DNA from: Octopus sinensis
Taxonomy: Eukaryota
Reading direction: 5' to 3'
DNA length: 64,000 bases
Assembly (NCBI RefSeq): GCF_006345805.1
Contig: NC_043013.1
Location: 7,998,001 to 8,062,000, forward strand
Of the stretch, positions 24,241 to 36,062 are shown in pieces (position 1 is the first letter of the stretch; every line of letters starts with the position of its first letter). The translations under genes were made by a program, and so were the position numbers. Under the pieces are notes generated by a model. That model saw nothing but the letters and a program-made list of their open reading frames with translations, searched no databases and had not been told where the DNA came from.

Positions 24241-24408
24241 CATACGACAGGCTTCTTTCAGTTTCTGTCTACCAAATCCACTCACAAGGCTTTGGTCGGC
24301 CTGAGGCTATAGTAGAAGACACTTGCCCAAGGTGCCACGCAGTGGGACTGAACCCGGAACCATGTGGTTGGTTAGCAAGCTACTTACCACACAGCCACTC
24401 CTACGCCT
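24008..24408 (-). mobile_element. SINE family A
   Basis: Reverse complement of 21012-21431 with a small deletion near the tail. Confidence 0.9.
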
Positions 24409-24624
24409 ATTAGCCAGAAAAATCCCTGATGTACTGAGGACGTGATAGGTGAACCGTGAAATGGCGAGTGATTTCTGTATTACATCAACCCCAGTGCTCA
24501 ACTGGTATTTATTTCATTGATCCTAAAAGGATGAAAGGCAAAGTCAGCCTCAGTGAGATTTGAACTTAGAATGTAAAAACGAACGAAAAGTCACTAAGCA
24601 TTTTTTCCAATGTGCTAAAGACAC

Positions 24625-25293
24625 ATATTAAGCCATTCAAAAGCATCAAAAAACTATTAACTTCTCTTAAAGATTTATTATTTAATGTCAAAATTTTCAT
24701 CATACCAACAGTGACCTGGTCACTGACATGGTTGTAATGGTACTCTAATAGTGACCAGGTCACAGTTGATGTAATGAAAATTTAGATACTAAATAACAAG
24801 TGTTTAACCCTTTAGTATTCAGCTTTCTCTGTCAAATGTAATGGTTATTTATTCGCATTTTAAAAAATTAACCCATTAGTGTTTAAACCAGCTGTATCCG
24901 GCCCAAATATTCTACACATTTTATACTCAAACTGGCCAGAACATGCATCTCACACCTACCCTGCAATGTCACTCCAAAAATAAGCAATTACATCTTTCCT
25001 ATCTTGAAGGTACAAAATAATATCAGATAAATTTTTTTAAATGTGAATAAATAAGGATTACTTTTGACAAATTAATCTGAACGCTAAAGGGTTAATCATG
25101 TATTATCTTGTAACTTAGAGATTTTGAAGACGTGATTGTTTATTTTTAGAATGGTATTATGGAGTAGGTCTGATATGCTGAATCTGCTTAGTTTGAACAT
25201 AAAGCAGGTAGAATATTTGGGCTGGATATGTTCGGTTTAAATGCTAAAAGGTTAAGTGAAGTTAAAGTTTTTGTGTTTTTCAAAGGCTAATAT
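24625..25293. mobile_element. Long-TIR palindromic MITE containing two nested TTAA MITEs
   Basis: Left arm 24625-24724 matches the reverse complement of 24751-24807 joined to 25256-25293. Insert 24808-25251 itself contains an inverted copy at 24872-25091; each insert has a TTAA duplication. Confidence 0.75.
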
Positions 25294-25399
25294 CGATCTT
25301 GCTCATGTGTGTGTGTGGGGGGTGGGTGGAAAACACAAATTTGAGAGATATAGAAATATTTTTTAGTCCTTGGTCTTTGATAATCCTTAAAAGCATAAA

Positions 25400-26118
25400 G
25401 ACCTCCTTCAATAATGAATGACCATGAAATTGCATCTAGAAAGTTCCCCTCAGAGGCACAAGTCTGGGCAAGGTTGTTCGTGGAAGACTTGTTCAAAGAG
25501 ATCGAGATGAAAAGGATCGCTTGCATACGACTCGACTTGCCGTTCGGAGTGACGTGCTTAGTAGAGCAGCTACCACGCTGCGATCTATTGAGTCTCTTCT
25601 CACGAACGACACGATTCGATAAGGTGGTGAGCTGGCAGAATCGTTAGCACGCCGGCTGAAATGCATAGCCGTATTTCGTCTGCCGTTACGTTCTGAGTTC
25701 AAATTCTGCCGAGGTCGACTTTGCCTTTCATCCTTTCGGGGTCAATAAATTAAGTACCAGTTACGCACTGGGGTCGATCTAATCGACTTAATCCGTTTGT
25801 CTGTCCTTGTTTGTCCCCTCTGTGTTTAGCCCCTTGTGGGTAGTAAAGAAATAGGTTGTTTATGGAAGACCAGCAGTCACCCATGCATACCAGCCTCCCC
25901 TTTCCACGCCACTGATATTATCCAAGGGAAAGGCAAAGGTTGACACAGCTTGGCACCAGTGACATAGCACCTCATTTCTACAGCTGAATGAACTGGAGCA
26001 ATGTGAATTAAAGTGTTTTGCTTGCTCAAGAACACAACACACAACCCAGTGTGGGTATTAAACTTACTACCTCATGATTGTGAGCTTGTGGCTCTACCCA
26101 CTGAGCCATGCACTTTCA
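25400..26118 (-). mobile_element. SINE family D, interrupted by a family B insertion
   Basis: Matches the reverse complement of 8475-8752; the head is at about 26050-26118. Confidence 0.8.
25489..25852 (+). mobile_element. Young SINE family B copy with a ~130-bp extra 5' leader, 18-bp TSD
   Basis: TSD AGGTTGTTCGTGGAAGAC (25471-25488) and AGGTTGTTTATGGAAGAC (25853-25870); the SINE head starts at about 25621. Confidence 0.85.
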
Positions 26119-26127
26119 ATATATATT

Positions 26128-26342
26128 AAGGCAGTGAGCTGGCAGAATTGTTGGCACTTTGGGCAAAATGCCTAGTGGTATTTTGTCCATCTTTATTTTC
26201 TGAGTTCAAATTCTGCCACAGTTGACATTGCCTTTCATCCTTTCAGCATCAATAAAGTAGGTACCAAATGAGCAATGGAGTCAATGTAAGACTTGTCTTC
26301 TCTCCTGAAATTGCTGAATTTGTGCCAAAATTTGAAACCAAT
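26128..26342 (+). mobile_element. SINE family B, degenerate
   Basis: AAGGCAGTGAGCTGGCAGAA head, GAGTTCAAATTC B-box, AAAATTTGAAACC tail. Confidence 0.75.
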
Positions 26343-26343
26343 A

Positions 26344-26570
26344 TTAACCCTTTAGTGTTCAGATTATTCTATCAAACATAATGCTTATTGATTCCCATTG
26401 ATTTGAATTAATCATGCATTATCTCATATCTTCAAGATCTTGATGGTGTAATTACTTAATGTTGAATAACATTGTAGGGTAGGTGTGAGAGCCTGGACCT
26501 GGTCAGTTTGAACATAAAACAGATTAAATATTTTGGCTGGATATGGCCGGTTTAAATACTAAAGGGTTAA
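26344..26570 (+). mobile_element. piggyBac-like TTAA-flanked MITE, full length (~220 bp)
   Basis: TTAA-CCCTTTAGT...ACTAAAGGG-TTAA. Further copies at about 20620, 24808, 24872, 36981, 57455-58069 and 58145. Confidence 0.8.
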
Positions 26571-27562
26571 TTTAGATTTTACGCAAAGTAACGGCACAAT
26601 ATATCACTGGAGATTATCATGTTTGCATCTAGTAGACTCAATGGGATTTGATCTCAGAAGAATGAGATATTGAAATTGATACAATAAAAGCATTCAGTCC
26701 CATGTTCTCACTTCATGGCCAACCTCGTTCTTCACCAATCTTGTTCTTCAAGAATACAGAAAAATCTTTGTTTGTTGATTACGTTTTAGTAAAAAAAAAA
26801 AAAAAAAAAAAAAATGAAAACAATCTGTGTAAATATAAAGAATTAAACTTTTAAATCAATTTGAATGTGTTTTTTTTTTCTACTTATCAATTTCCCCCCC
26901 AAGCATCTTAAAGGAATATACGATCAATTTTTTGCATACTGAAGAGGATTCCAAGAGGATTCCAAGAGGATTCCAAGCATGTGCAGGCTCTTCTCGAGTG
27001 GAAGATCTCACATTAAATGCAAGGCCGCACAAGTCAAGCATCATTGATTTATAATTTTATAGGAGAAATTGAAAGTGCAGAACTTGATAATAAGTTTTCA
27101 TCTGACTGCTGGGTGGTTTGTTAAAAATTCTGATTCTAAAATATGGCTCCAGGCATCATCCAGGCAGCCACCCGTCTCTACCCTTTGACTTCAAGTTTAA
27201 GTGTTTATAGGTTTAAAACATACCACTCTTAAATGTGGAGCTGCCGTATATATTTTTGTTTTGCATTTGTTTGTTTTTTTTTTTTTGTATTTTTATTGTT
27301 AAAAGCAATTTTAATATTAAACGTAATTTTGCGGATAAATCTTTTGGGGTGTTTTTTAAAGAGATATTTTAGAGTAGCTTCCCGTTGCTTTATCTATTAA
27401 AACTTGGTTATGTGATATCGTTAAGAAGATTGCTTCTCAACCACATGGATCTAGGTACAATTACACTGAGCAGCACTTTGAGTTGACCAATGACTTGCGA
27501 ATAGAATTTATGGATACAGGTTCTGTGAAAATATGTCGAGCATGTGTGTGTGCACATGCATT

Positions 27563-27740
27563 TCATCATCATCATCATCATCGTTTAACGTCCGTTCTCC
27601 ATGCTAGCATGGGTTGGACGGTTCGAACGGGGATCTGGGAAGCCAGAAGGCTGCACCAGGCTCCAGTCTTATCTGGCAATGTTTCTACAGCTGGATGCCC
27701 TTCCTAACGCCAACCACTCCGTGAGTGTAGTGGGTGCTTA
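27563..27740 (-). mobile_element. Family E retroposon 3' part
   Basis: (CAT)n CGTTTAACGTCCG...CTGGATGCCCTTCCTAACGCCAACCACTCC. Confidence 0.8.
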
Positions 27741-27898
27741 TGTGTGCAAATGTGTGTGTGTGTATGGATATATGTATATATGTGTGTGTCTATATATATA
27801 TATTGGTAAAAACGGTAAGATAACAAAAGAAAGAAAGAGACCTCAATATTATGTAAATAGAAGAATTTATCTGTAAATGTAATATGCGACAATTATTC

Positions 27899-27961
27899 GG
27901 ATAACTGAAGAGATGGTGGTGTGGATTTCCACATTGGCATCCGAAACTCAGAGTTTTATCT
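27899..27961 (+). ncRNA. Type I hammerhead ribozyme motif
   Basis: Stem I GGATAA/TTATCT; core CTGAAGA at 27905; long stem II GATGGTGGTGTGGA/TCCACATTGGCATC; GAAAC at 27943; near-palindromic stem III ACTC-A-GAGT; GUU site with predicted cut after 27955. Confidence 0.7.
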
Positions 27962-28048
27962 TGGCTACTGAATAATTGTCACCGCATGTGTACTGTTGGC
28001 GATTTTTTTTCCTCCGTCTTCCCTTCTCTGGATCTTTCCTTTTCCTAT

Positions 28049-28083
28049 GTTTCTGACGAACAGCTCCGCTCGAAACGTTAAAC
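28049..28083 (+). ncRNA. Minimal type I hammerhead motif (stem II closing pair mutated)
   Basis: GTTT-CTGACGA-A-CAGC-TCC-GCTC-GAAAC-GTT-AAAC; stem I GTTT/AAAC; loopless palindromic stem III ACGT. Confidence 0.6.
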
Positions 28084-28332
28084 CCTCCTTCTTTCCTTCC
28101 TTCCTGAGCGTCCAATAATACTATACTTGTTCCACGTCCTCGCATTGTTGTGTTTTCTCTTTGTGTTTTCATATTTGGATTAACTTTATATATATATATA
28201 TATACACATATATATATATAGCCTTGGTAGTTAAACAAGTGAAATAGAACTCAATACGTGGATATATATACACTTTTAATATTTTTAATTGGCATAAAAT
28301 TACAAAAGAATATATATATATATATATATAAA

Positions 28333-28690
28333 CATGAAGGTAAGTCAAAAATTATACACTGTAATCTATTAAAACAAAAGCGAGTTTGAATAATTATATC
28401 ATTTTTTGACATAGTCTCTCTCCTTGCATTTTGATGCACTTCTTACAGTAGTGCACAAGTTTGCATATTCCATTGGAGAAGAAGGTTGCTGGTTGGTTGT
28501 GCAACCATATATGCAGTACTTTTTGCCCTTCTTTGTCTGTAGTAAATTGATGACCTCATAAAGATGTTTGAGCAGTCCAAGGAGGTGATAGTAAAAAGGG
28601 GAGAAATCTGGTCTGTATGCAGGGTGTCCCAGCAACTCAAAATCCCAGTCATTTTTAATGGTTTCAATGTGTGTATGTGTGGGGGTGGTA
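28333..28690 (-). pseudogene. Mariner transposase C-terminal relic with TIR-like end
   Basis: WDFELLGHPAYRPDFSPFYYHLLGLLK corresponds to the mariner HPPYSPDLAPSDYHLF motif. It continues out of frame as WLHNQPATFFSNGICKLV and ends DYVKK. TIR-like ATGAAGGTAAGTCAAAAATTAT lies next to (TA)n. Confidence 0.8.
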
Positions 28691-29476
28691 CATGGAGCTT
28701 TCTTTTTATTCTTTATGAAGAAGATCAACAAACTATTTTTTAAAAAAAATACATAAAACATTTTTTTCGCCTTTCTTTAATTTCACTGCTCTCTCTTGAG
28801 AAAGAGCTTCTGCACGAAATGTTGATACTTTTTTCTGTCTCCACATGGCTTAATATAGTGGCATTGTTTTATTTTTAGCATAATTTTTTGGGGGAGGGAT
28901 TACTTTTATCAAATGCAGATCAACAAGTAGATTACTTGGATTCTAGATTTGTTACCTTTTTATCTTTCTTTTTTAGTATATTTCTAAAAAAAATGTCCTG
29001 TATAGTCTTGTTATCAGTAACTTTATTGAGTAATTCCATAGAAGTGGTAATTCACGGAGATATATTACTGATAAAGGCAAATGGTTGGAGTTTGAAGTTT
29101 GTAACATCAATGTGGGAATAATGTGATATTTTATTGTGACATCACAAAATGTCAAGGAAGGTCAGCGTGTACTTTCTGTGATAGTAGCAATCTAATTGCA
29201 AGTGGTTATGTTGATTGTAATACACACAACAGAAGCTGTGATTGCTTTTACTACTTATTTTTCATTATTGTATCATAAAAGAACAAATGTCATTGAATAT
29301 CTTTCAGAAAAATATCAAAATGACACAATCTATTCCAGTCTTTATTTCACAGATAATGAAGCAAATTTAATGCTAATTATTTGTTCACAAAATCTTATTG
29401 AGACTGACCATTGTTGCAATGTTAGCTAGATTTACAACTAAACGTTTGTAATTGATGAAAATCAGTGAGGTCCAGA

Positions 29477-29529
<53 letters not shown>

Positions 29530-29896
29530 TATATGTACAAAGAAATATCCTTATAGTTTGTGAGAACCTGACCTTTTAATTTCCTTCGTTTTCACTCTTG
29601 GTGTTGTATGTTGGTTTAAAGCTGGTCTGGTTTTCTGTTGATATTACAGAAAAACAAAGCCTTTTTATACAGTCAAGCGATTAAACCTGTTAACAGATGA
29701 CATTTGTTCTGTGATTATAATTTTCTTTATAAGGACTCTATGCATCGACCTTTTCCATTTATTTACTGTGATTTTGTTATGAAAGATCAGCGAATCAGGT
29801 ACAGTGATTGTAGTTCTGTTAATCCCAGGAAAATTGGTCGTTCTTGCTTCAAGAGCAAATTGACATTTTGAAGCTATTGTTGTTCTTTTGGGAAAT

Positions 29897-29957
29897 CTAC
29901 TACTACCACCACCACCACCACTACTACTACTACTACTACCACCACCATTGCTACCGT

Positions 29958-30020
<63 letters not shown>

Positions 30021-30029
30021 TGCTACCGT

Positions 30030-30063
<34 letters not shown>

Positions 30064-30092
30064 GCTACCGTTACTACTACTACTACTACTAT

Positions 30093-30123
<31 letters not shown>

Positions 30124-30205
30124 GCTACCGTTACTACTACTACTACTACCACCACCACCACCACCACCACTGCTACCGTTACTACTGCTGCTGCTGCTGC
30201 TCATG

Positions 30206-30252
<47 letters not shown>

Positions 30253-30268
30253 GCTGCTGCTGCTGTTG
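29897..30268. repeat. Compound (CTA/CCA/CTG)n microsatellite with recurring CCACTGCTACCGTTA interruptions
   Basis: Five TGCTACCGTTA spacers between CTA runs. Confidence 0.95.
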
Positions 30269-30491
30269 CCAAGTCATTAGCATACTGGATGATTAAGAGG
30301 TCAGTGAGTTATGTCCTATTACAGTCATTCTACTATATATAGCTCAGATTGATACAGTAAGCTCTCATTGGTTAAGTCAGCCTCACTGTCAGTATTACAC
30401 TATGGGTTGGTATAATTCCCTACTATAAACTGTGGCTTTCACATAAAACTTGTGAGTAATTTGCTGACTTGCTATTCTTTCCATGGGAGTA

Positions 30492-31171
30492 AAAGTCAAC
30501 TAGTCTGTTGTGATACTGTAACTCTACTTTAATCTGAGATTTCCAAGAACTGGTGGATGAAGTATATATTTTATTGTCACTTTAACCTTTAGAATGCTTA
30601 GACACATCATGGTGTGGTATGAATTTTCTCCCTTGTAGATACAGGTGCATTGTGTTGCATTGAGAGGGGAGAAAACTTGTATGGTGACATGATGCGTCTA
30701 CAGCATGCTAAAGGTTAAAGTCAACTAGTCTATTGTGATACTGTAACTCAACTTTAATCTGAGATTTCCAAGAACTGGCGGAGGAAGTACATTTTATTGT
30801 CTCTAACCTTTAGCATGCTTAGGAATATCATGGTGCAGTATGAATTTTCTCCCCTCTAGATTATATATATATATACATTGTGTTGCATTGAGAGGGGAGA
30901 AAACTTGTATGGTGACATGATGCGTCTACAGCATGCTAAAGGTTAAAGTCAACTAGTCTATTGTGATACTGTAACTCCACTTTAATCTGAGATTTCCAAG
31001 AACTGGCGGATGAAGTATATATTTTATTGTCTCTTTGACCTTTAGGATGCTTAGACACATCATGGTGCGGTATGAATTTTCTCCCCTGTAGATACAGGTG
31101 CATTGTGTTGCATTGAGAGGGGAGAAAACTTGTATGGTGACATGATGCGTCTACGGCATGCTAAAGGTTAA
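30492..31171. repeat. Tandem triplication (~226-bp unit), each unit containing a ~130-bp palindromic TTAA-flanked MITE
   Basis: GTCAACTAGTC at 30495, 30720 and 30948. First MITE at 30586-30714: TTAA-CCTTTAG.ATGCTTAGACACATCATG...CATGATGCGTCTACAGCATGCTAAAGG-TTAA. Confidence 0.9.
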
Positions 31172-31387
31172 AGAATGCTAGTCATTTACTCTGAGAAGAT
31201 ATTCCTTCTTTCCTATACTTGCGAGGAGGGACATCTTTGGCATGTTCTTTTATTGCTGTTGTTGTATCTGGTTTATCAATCTGGCATCGGCCAATCGGTT
31301 GTAATTGTCTAGATGCTGATGAATTGGCTCAGCTGATTGGACACTCAGCCTATTTTTGGCAACTGTACATTTTATCACTGAAAGCAA

Positions 31388-31406
31388 ACACACACACACA
31401 CACACA

Positions 31407-31440
<34 letters not shown>

Positions 31441-31808
31441 CATACACACATGGATGCATGCATGTGGATGCAGAAATATATACATACAGGTACAGAGAGT
31501 AAGAGAAAGAGAGAAAGAAAGAGAGAGAGAGGGAGGGAGAGAGAGAGAAAGAAAGAAAGAAAGAAAGAGAGGGAAAAATTACATATACATACAACCATAA
31601 CTAGATGCTCACATGAAAAAACAGAGAGGGAAAGAAAGAGAGAGAGAGAGAGAAAGTAAGAGACAGAGAGAGGGAGAGGGAAAGAGATAAAAGAAGAGAG
31701 AGAAAGAGATGAAGGAAGAGAGAGAGAGAGAGAGAGAGAAAGTGAAGGGAAATAGATAAAAGAAGAGATAGATAGAGATAAAGGAAGAGAGAGAGAAAGA
31801 AAGAGAGA
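31388..31808. repeat. (CA)n and (GA)/(GAAA)-rich low-complexity tract
   Basis: Directly visible. Confidence 0.9.
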
Positions 31809-32120
31809 ACATATTAAAATATCTGATGTCAAATAAGTCTATGACGAATCAGTGATGCCAAGTAGGTGGTGCCAAAATGGCTGTGCCAAAATATCTTGAA
31901 CCCTCTTAACCTTATTTGCTCGGATGACTCAGCCAAGAAATGAGTCTTTCAAAATAATTTCTCTCAAAATCATTAAATGGAAAAAACCCCATTCAAACCT
32001 GTCTGCATAGCTACACAGTCATATCTCTAGTATTTATATTGACCTTTCGTTTTTAGTCTCTTTATCAGCTTACTATCATTTATTGTTCTCCATTTGTTGC
32101 ATATCCTGTATGTGTGCATA

Positions 32121-32291
32121 GGGCGCAGGAGTGGCTGTGTGGTAAGTAGCTTGCTTAACAACACATGGTTCTGGGTTCAGTCCCACTCCATGGCACCTTG
32201 GGCAAGTGTCATCTGCTATAGCCTCGGGCCGACCAAAGCCTTGTGAGTGGATTTGGTAGACGGAAACTGTAAGAAGCCTGTCGTATATATG

Positions 32292-32332
<41 letters not shown>
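32121..32332 (+). mobile_element. SINE family A, 5' half
   Basis: GGCGCAGGAGTGGCTGTGTGGTAAGTAGC head through to the internal (TA)n. Confidence 0.88.
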
Positions 32333-32335
<3 letters not shown>

Positions 32336-32399
32336 TCATAACTGACTATAAAAGGGTAAAGACCCCCTTTGGTCACGAACGACCATGGAATTCCACCTA

Positions 32400-32680
32400 G
32401 TAACCGCTAAGTTACGGGGATGTAAACACACCACCATCAGTTGTCAAGCAATGTTGGGCGGGGGGACAAAAACAAACATACAAACATACACACACACACA
32501 CACACACACATACATATACATACATATATACGACAGGCTTCTTTCAGTTTCCATCTACCAAATCCACTCACAAGGCTTTGGTTGGCCCGAGGCTATAGTA
32601 GAAGACATTTGCCCAAGGTGCCACGCAGTGGGACTGAACCCGGAACCATGTGGTTGGTAAGCAAGCTACTTACCACACAG
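32400..32680 (-). mobile_element. SINE family A, inverted relative to 32121-32332
   Basis: Reverse-complement head ends CTACTTACCACACAG. Confidence 0.88.
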
Positions 32681-32927
32681 TGTACTGTCTTCAAATATAC
32701 TGAATGCCCAACCGAAGCAAATCCTCAGCATCCAAGCAGCTGTGCCAAATCATCTCATCTTGGGTAGAAGACATTTTGCAACAAGGTGCTGCATTATTGG
32801 TGGAACCAAATGTTTGCAAAGCAAAGTGTCATAAATATTGCAACTTCGGGCCGCTCAACCATTTATTTGCATCATGTTATGATGTCTTAGACATCATGAC
32901 CTTGACTTTCTCTCGTTTGCCAACAAA

Positions 32928-32959
<32 letters not shown>

Positions 32960-34100
32960 TATATATACACATCACCTCTTGCTCCTTATGCAAAAAGAAT
33001 TCATAGATTTTTTTTCTTTCTTCGAAATACCCTTCACTAAAATTGTTCAATATTTTATGGATTAATGATTTTAATCTATTACAAAGATATACAAAATCCG
33101 CCGGAAAGTAGAGAGAGAGAGAGGGAGAGAGAAAGAGAGAAAGGGAGAGAGAAAGAGAGAAAGAGGGAGAGAGAGAGAGATGGGGTGGGGTGGGGTGGAG
33201 GGTGGTGGGGAGATTAATAAAGAAAAATAGATACTTGTCATCAACACCAAATGATTTTATTTGATTTTTTTCTTTTTAAAAGAACTCTTTCTCTATAATT
33301 CTTCTATTTCATCATTTTATTTATTTATTTTTTTTTGATGAAAGAATTTTTTTGGGGGGTTTTTTTTTTCTGCACATATTTTGCTGCTTCTCACCTTAGT
33401 GGGACGAAGACTGATTATGCTGTAACTAAATTCCTTTTTAAAACTGAAGTCTTTTCTGCTGAAGTGTTATCAAAAAAATATTCTTCTCAAATTTCTTGTT
33501 AAGCATCAATTGTGTTTATTACTCGGTTTATAATGAGATGCTGGAAATCTTAGATCAGTACTTCTTGTACATCCTATAGGTTGTGTGTTTGTTGTTGTTG
33601 TTGTTGTTGCTGTTTAACCCTGGGCCAGTTTCATTGAGTAGAACTATGATCAAAAGGCATTCCAGTTATGATCATCCTGTTCTTCTAGAATTATGTAGGA
33701 CTACATTATGCAATGTATCATTTCTATATTGAAGACAATTTGAGGGAGATTTACTTACTATATTTAGCTGGTTGAGACACCATATAAAGATCTCTCCCAC
33801 GCCCACCCCGTGTTGGCATCCTGATTTCTTTTATCTGTTACGTATTTCGGTCATTGGACTTATAACCATGCTTTGGCAACATTTGAAGGGTTTTAGTTGA
33901 AAAAAAAATTGATCTTGGTACTTATGTACTTTTATTAAAGTCTGGTATTCGTTCTAGTCTGTCCATTTTGTTGAACCACGAGGTTACAGGGCCATGAACA
34001 AACTCACACCAGTTGTTAAGCAATGGTAGTGATGGTATGGGGTGTAGGACAACCACATAGACACACATATATAATAGATCCATACTACTTCACTCTGCAG

Positions 34101-34158
<58 letters not shown>

Positions 34159-34289
34159 ATCACGTGACCGACCAGTCCATCAGATGTAGTTACACATCGC
34201 TGGTCACAATGTGTTCGCATTGTTTTAGCTTTCGAATGACGCCACCCCGCTGGCTAAGCGAGCAGGCCATATATATATATATATATATA

Positions 34290-35202
34290 CTAACTGATGT
34301 ACCCGGTAATTCCTGGGAAAGCGGGGCTTATCCCCTGGTTTCATTCTCATAATTGTTTTCGCTAACCCAATAACAACAATTCAAAGTATGTTGCCCTTAA
34401 AACAGTTTTTGTGCATTTACAAAGAATACCAAACCATCTTACACAGGATCTTGTTTTTAGGAATTCCCAATAAGTTATGAATACCGAAACTGTGAAGTCA
34501 GTTATGTAATTACATGAAATTAGTTAACAGATAGTAAGAATTCAAATAAAGTAGCCCCCAAAAGGGCTTTAATGCCTTCCCAGAGTATATTGAACTTAGG
34601 AGGAAATACTAATAGGGTATGTATACTAAAATTGTGAAGCATGTTATGTAATAACAGGCTAATCAGATATGAGATAACAGCAATTCAAAGTAAATAACTC
34701 TGAAAAGGGCTTTTGTGCTTTCCCAAAGAATATTACCCTCAGGAGCAATAGTGTTGGTATATTCGTGAATAAGTCACTAACCAAAATAAGTGGATCTATT
34801 GTTCAGGAAAATAGTATTTATTTGTTTAAGGGTTCTACTGGATAAATTGCGAAAATAACTCTAACAGTTAAAATACTAAGAAATAAGCATACTCAATTTG
34901 ATTTATACCAAATGATTTAGGAAAATGAATGGGTTATTTCCCTTGGTCATATAGGTTATTTCCCTTGGGTGTTAAAATGACATATATTATATCTATCTAT
35001 CTATCTATATATATATATATAAGGATCCCTTCCAGGGGGCCTTGTTATCAATTTTTTCAACAATCTGAGTAGACCATGTGGTTTCCAGACATGAGTTCTA
35101 CTCACATGTCAAGTTTCATCAAAATTGATAAAACGATGTAGGAGGAGTTAGCTAACAACTCCACAAACACACCCACAAACAGAATTTCCCACACATGTAG
35201 TA

Positions 35203-35204
<2 letters not shown>
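34290..35204 (-). mobile_element. Non-autonomous Helitron-like element
   Basis: Minus strand starts TC and ends with the hairpin CCCAGGAATTACCGGG about 8 nt before TTAG|T. Three diverged ~150-bp internal repeats at 34375-34760; inserted in (TA)n. Confidence 0.6.
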
Positions 35205-35247
<43 letters not shown>

Positions 35248-35439
35248 GTAAATGTCAGATGATAAAAATGAGTGCTGAACACCGAATTGGTGGATAGAAT
35301 TTCTTTATTTGTATATTAAGGCTACCACTGGTTTCATGTTTAGAAAAATATCTTAATATCATAACAAATTTTCAAGCTGACCACATGGAGTTCATCTCAA
35401 TTTCAGATATATATATATCTTTTAGCTTTATCTTTTATT

Positions 35440-36062
35440 TGTTTCAGTAATTTGACCGTAGCTGTGCTGGGGCACCACCCTGAAGTGTGTTAGTCAAACA
35501 AATCGATCTTAGGCCTTATGTTTTTTGAAGCCTAGTACTTATTCTATTGGCCTCTTTTGCCAAACTAGTAAGTTATGGGGACATAAATACACTGGTTGTT
35601 AAGTGGTGGTGGGGGACAAACACAGACACAAGCACATAGACGTATATATATATATATATATATATATATAGGTTATGAGAGGTAATTGTGTCATTGAGAC
35701 CCAAGTTGTCAGGGAATGCTGAATAAGTGCTATACCTGCAGTCCATCTATCTATCTCTATATATATATATGGTGGGCTTCTCTCAGTTTCTGTCTACCAA
35801 ATCTGCTCACAAGGTTTTGGTCAACCCAAAGAAGACACTTGCCCTAAGTGCCACACAGTAGGACTGAACCCAGAACCATGTGGGTTGAGAAGGAAGCTCC
35901 TTACCACACAGTTTCCGTGTACCAAATTCACTAAGAAGACTTCGGTTGGCCCAGAGCTATAGTAAAAGACACTTACTTGCTCATGGTGCCATACAGTGGG
36001 ACTGAACCCAAATCCATGTGGTTGCAAAGCAACCCTCATAACTGCACAGCCATGCCTGTGCC
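35440..36062 (-). mobile_element. SINE family A with duplicated head
   Basis: Tail at about 35445; two head segments at about 35830-35912 and 35940-36062. Confidence 0.75.

Noticed and set aside
27055-27125. Possible exon after TTTTATAG (GEIESAELDNKFSSDCWVVC*)
   Set aside because: No recognisable homology and no partner exons; expected by chance in AT-rich DNA.
32690-32905. Tc1-like transposase remnant (WFHQ...AAPC on the minus strand)
   Set aside because: One frameshifted motif only; too degenerate to call.
35290-35405. Minus-strand hammerhead-like remnant (GATGA...CATG...CATGAAACCAGT)
   Set aside because: The CUGA box is lost and stems cannot be assigned confidently.
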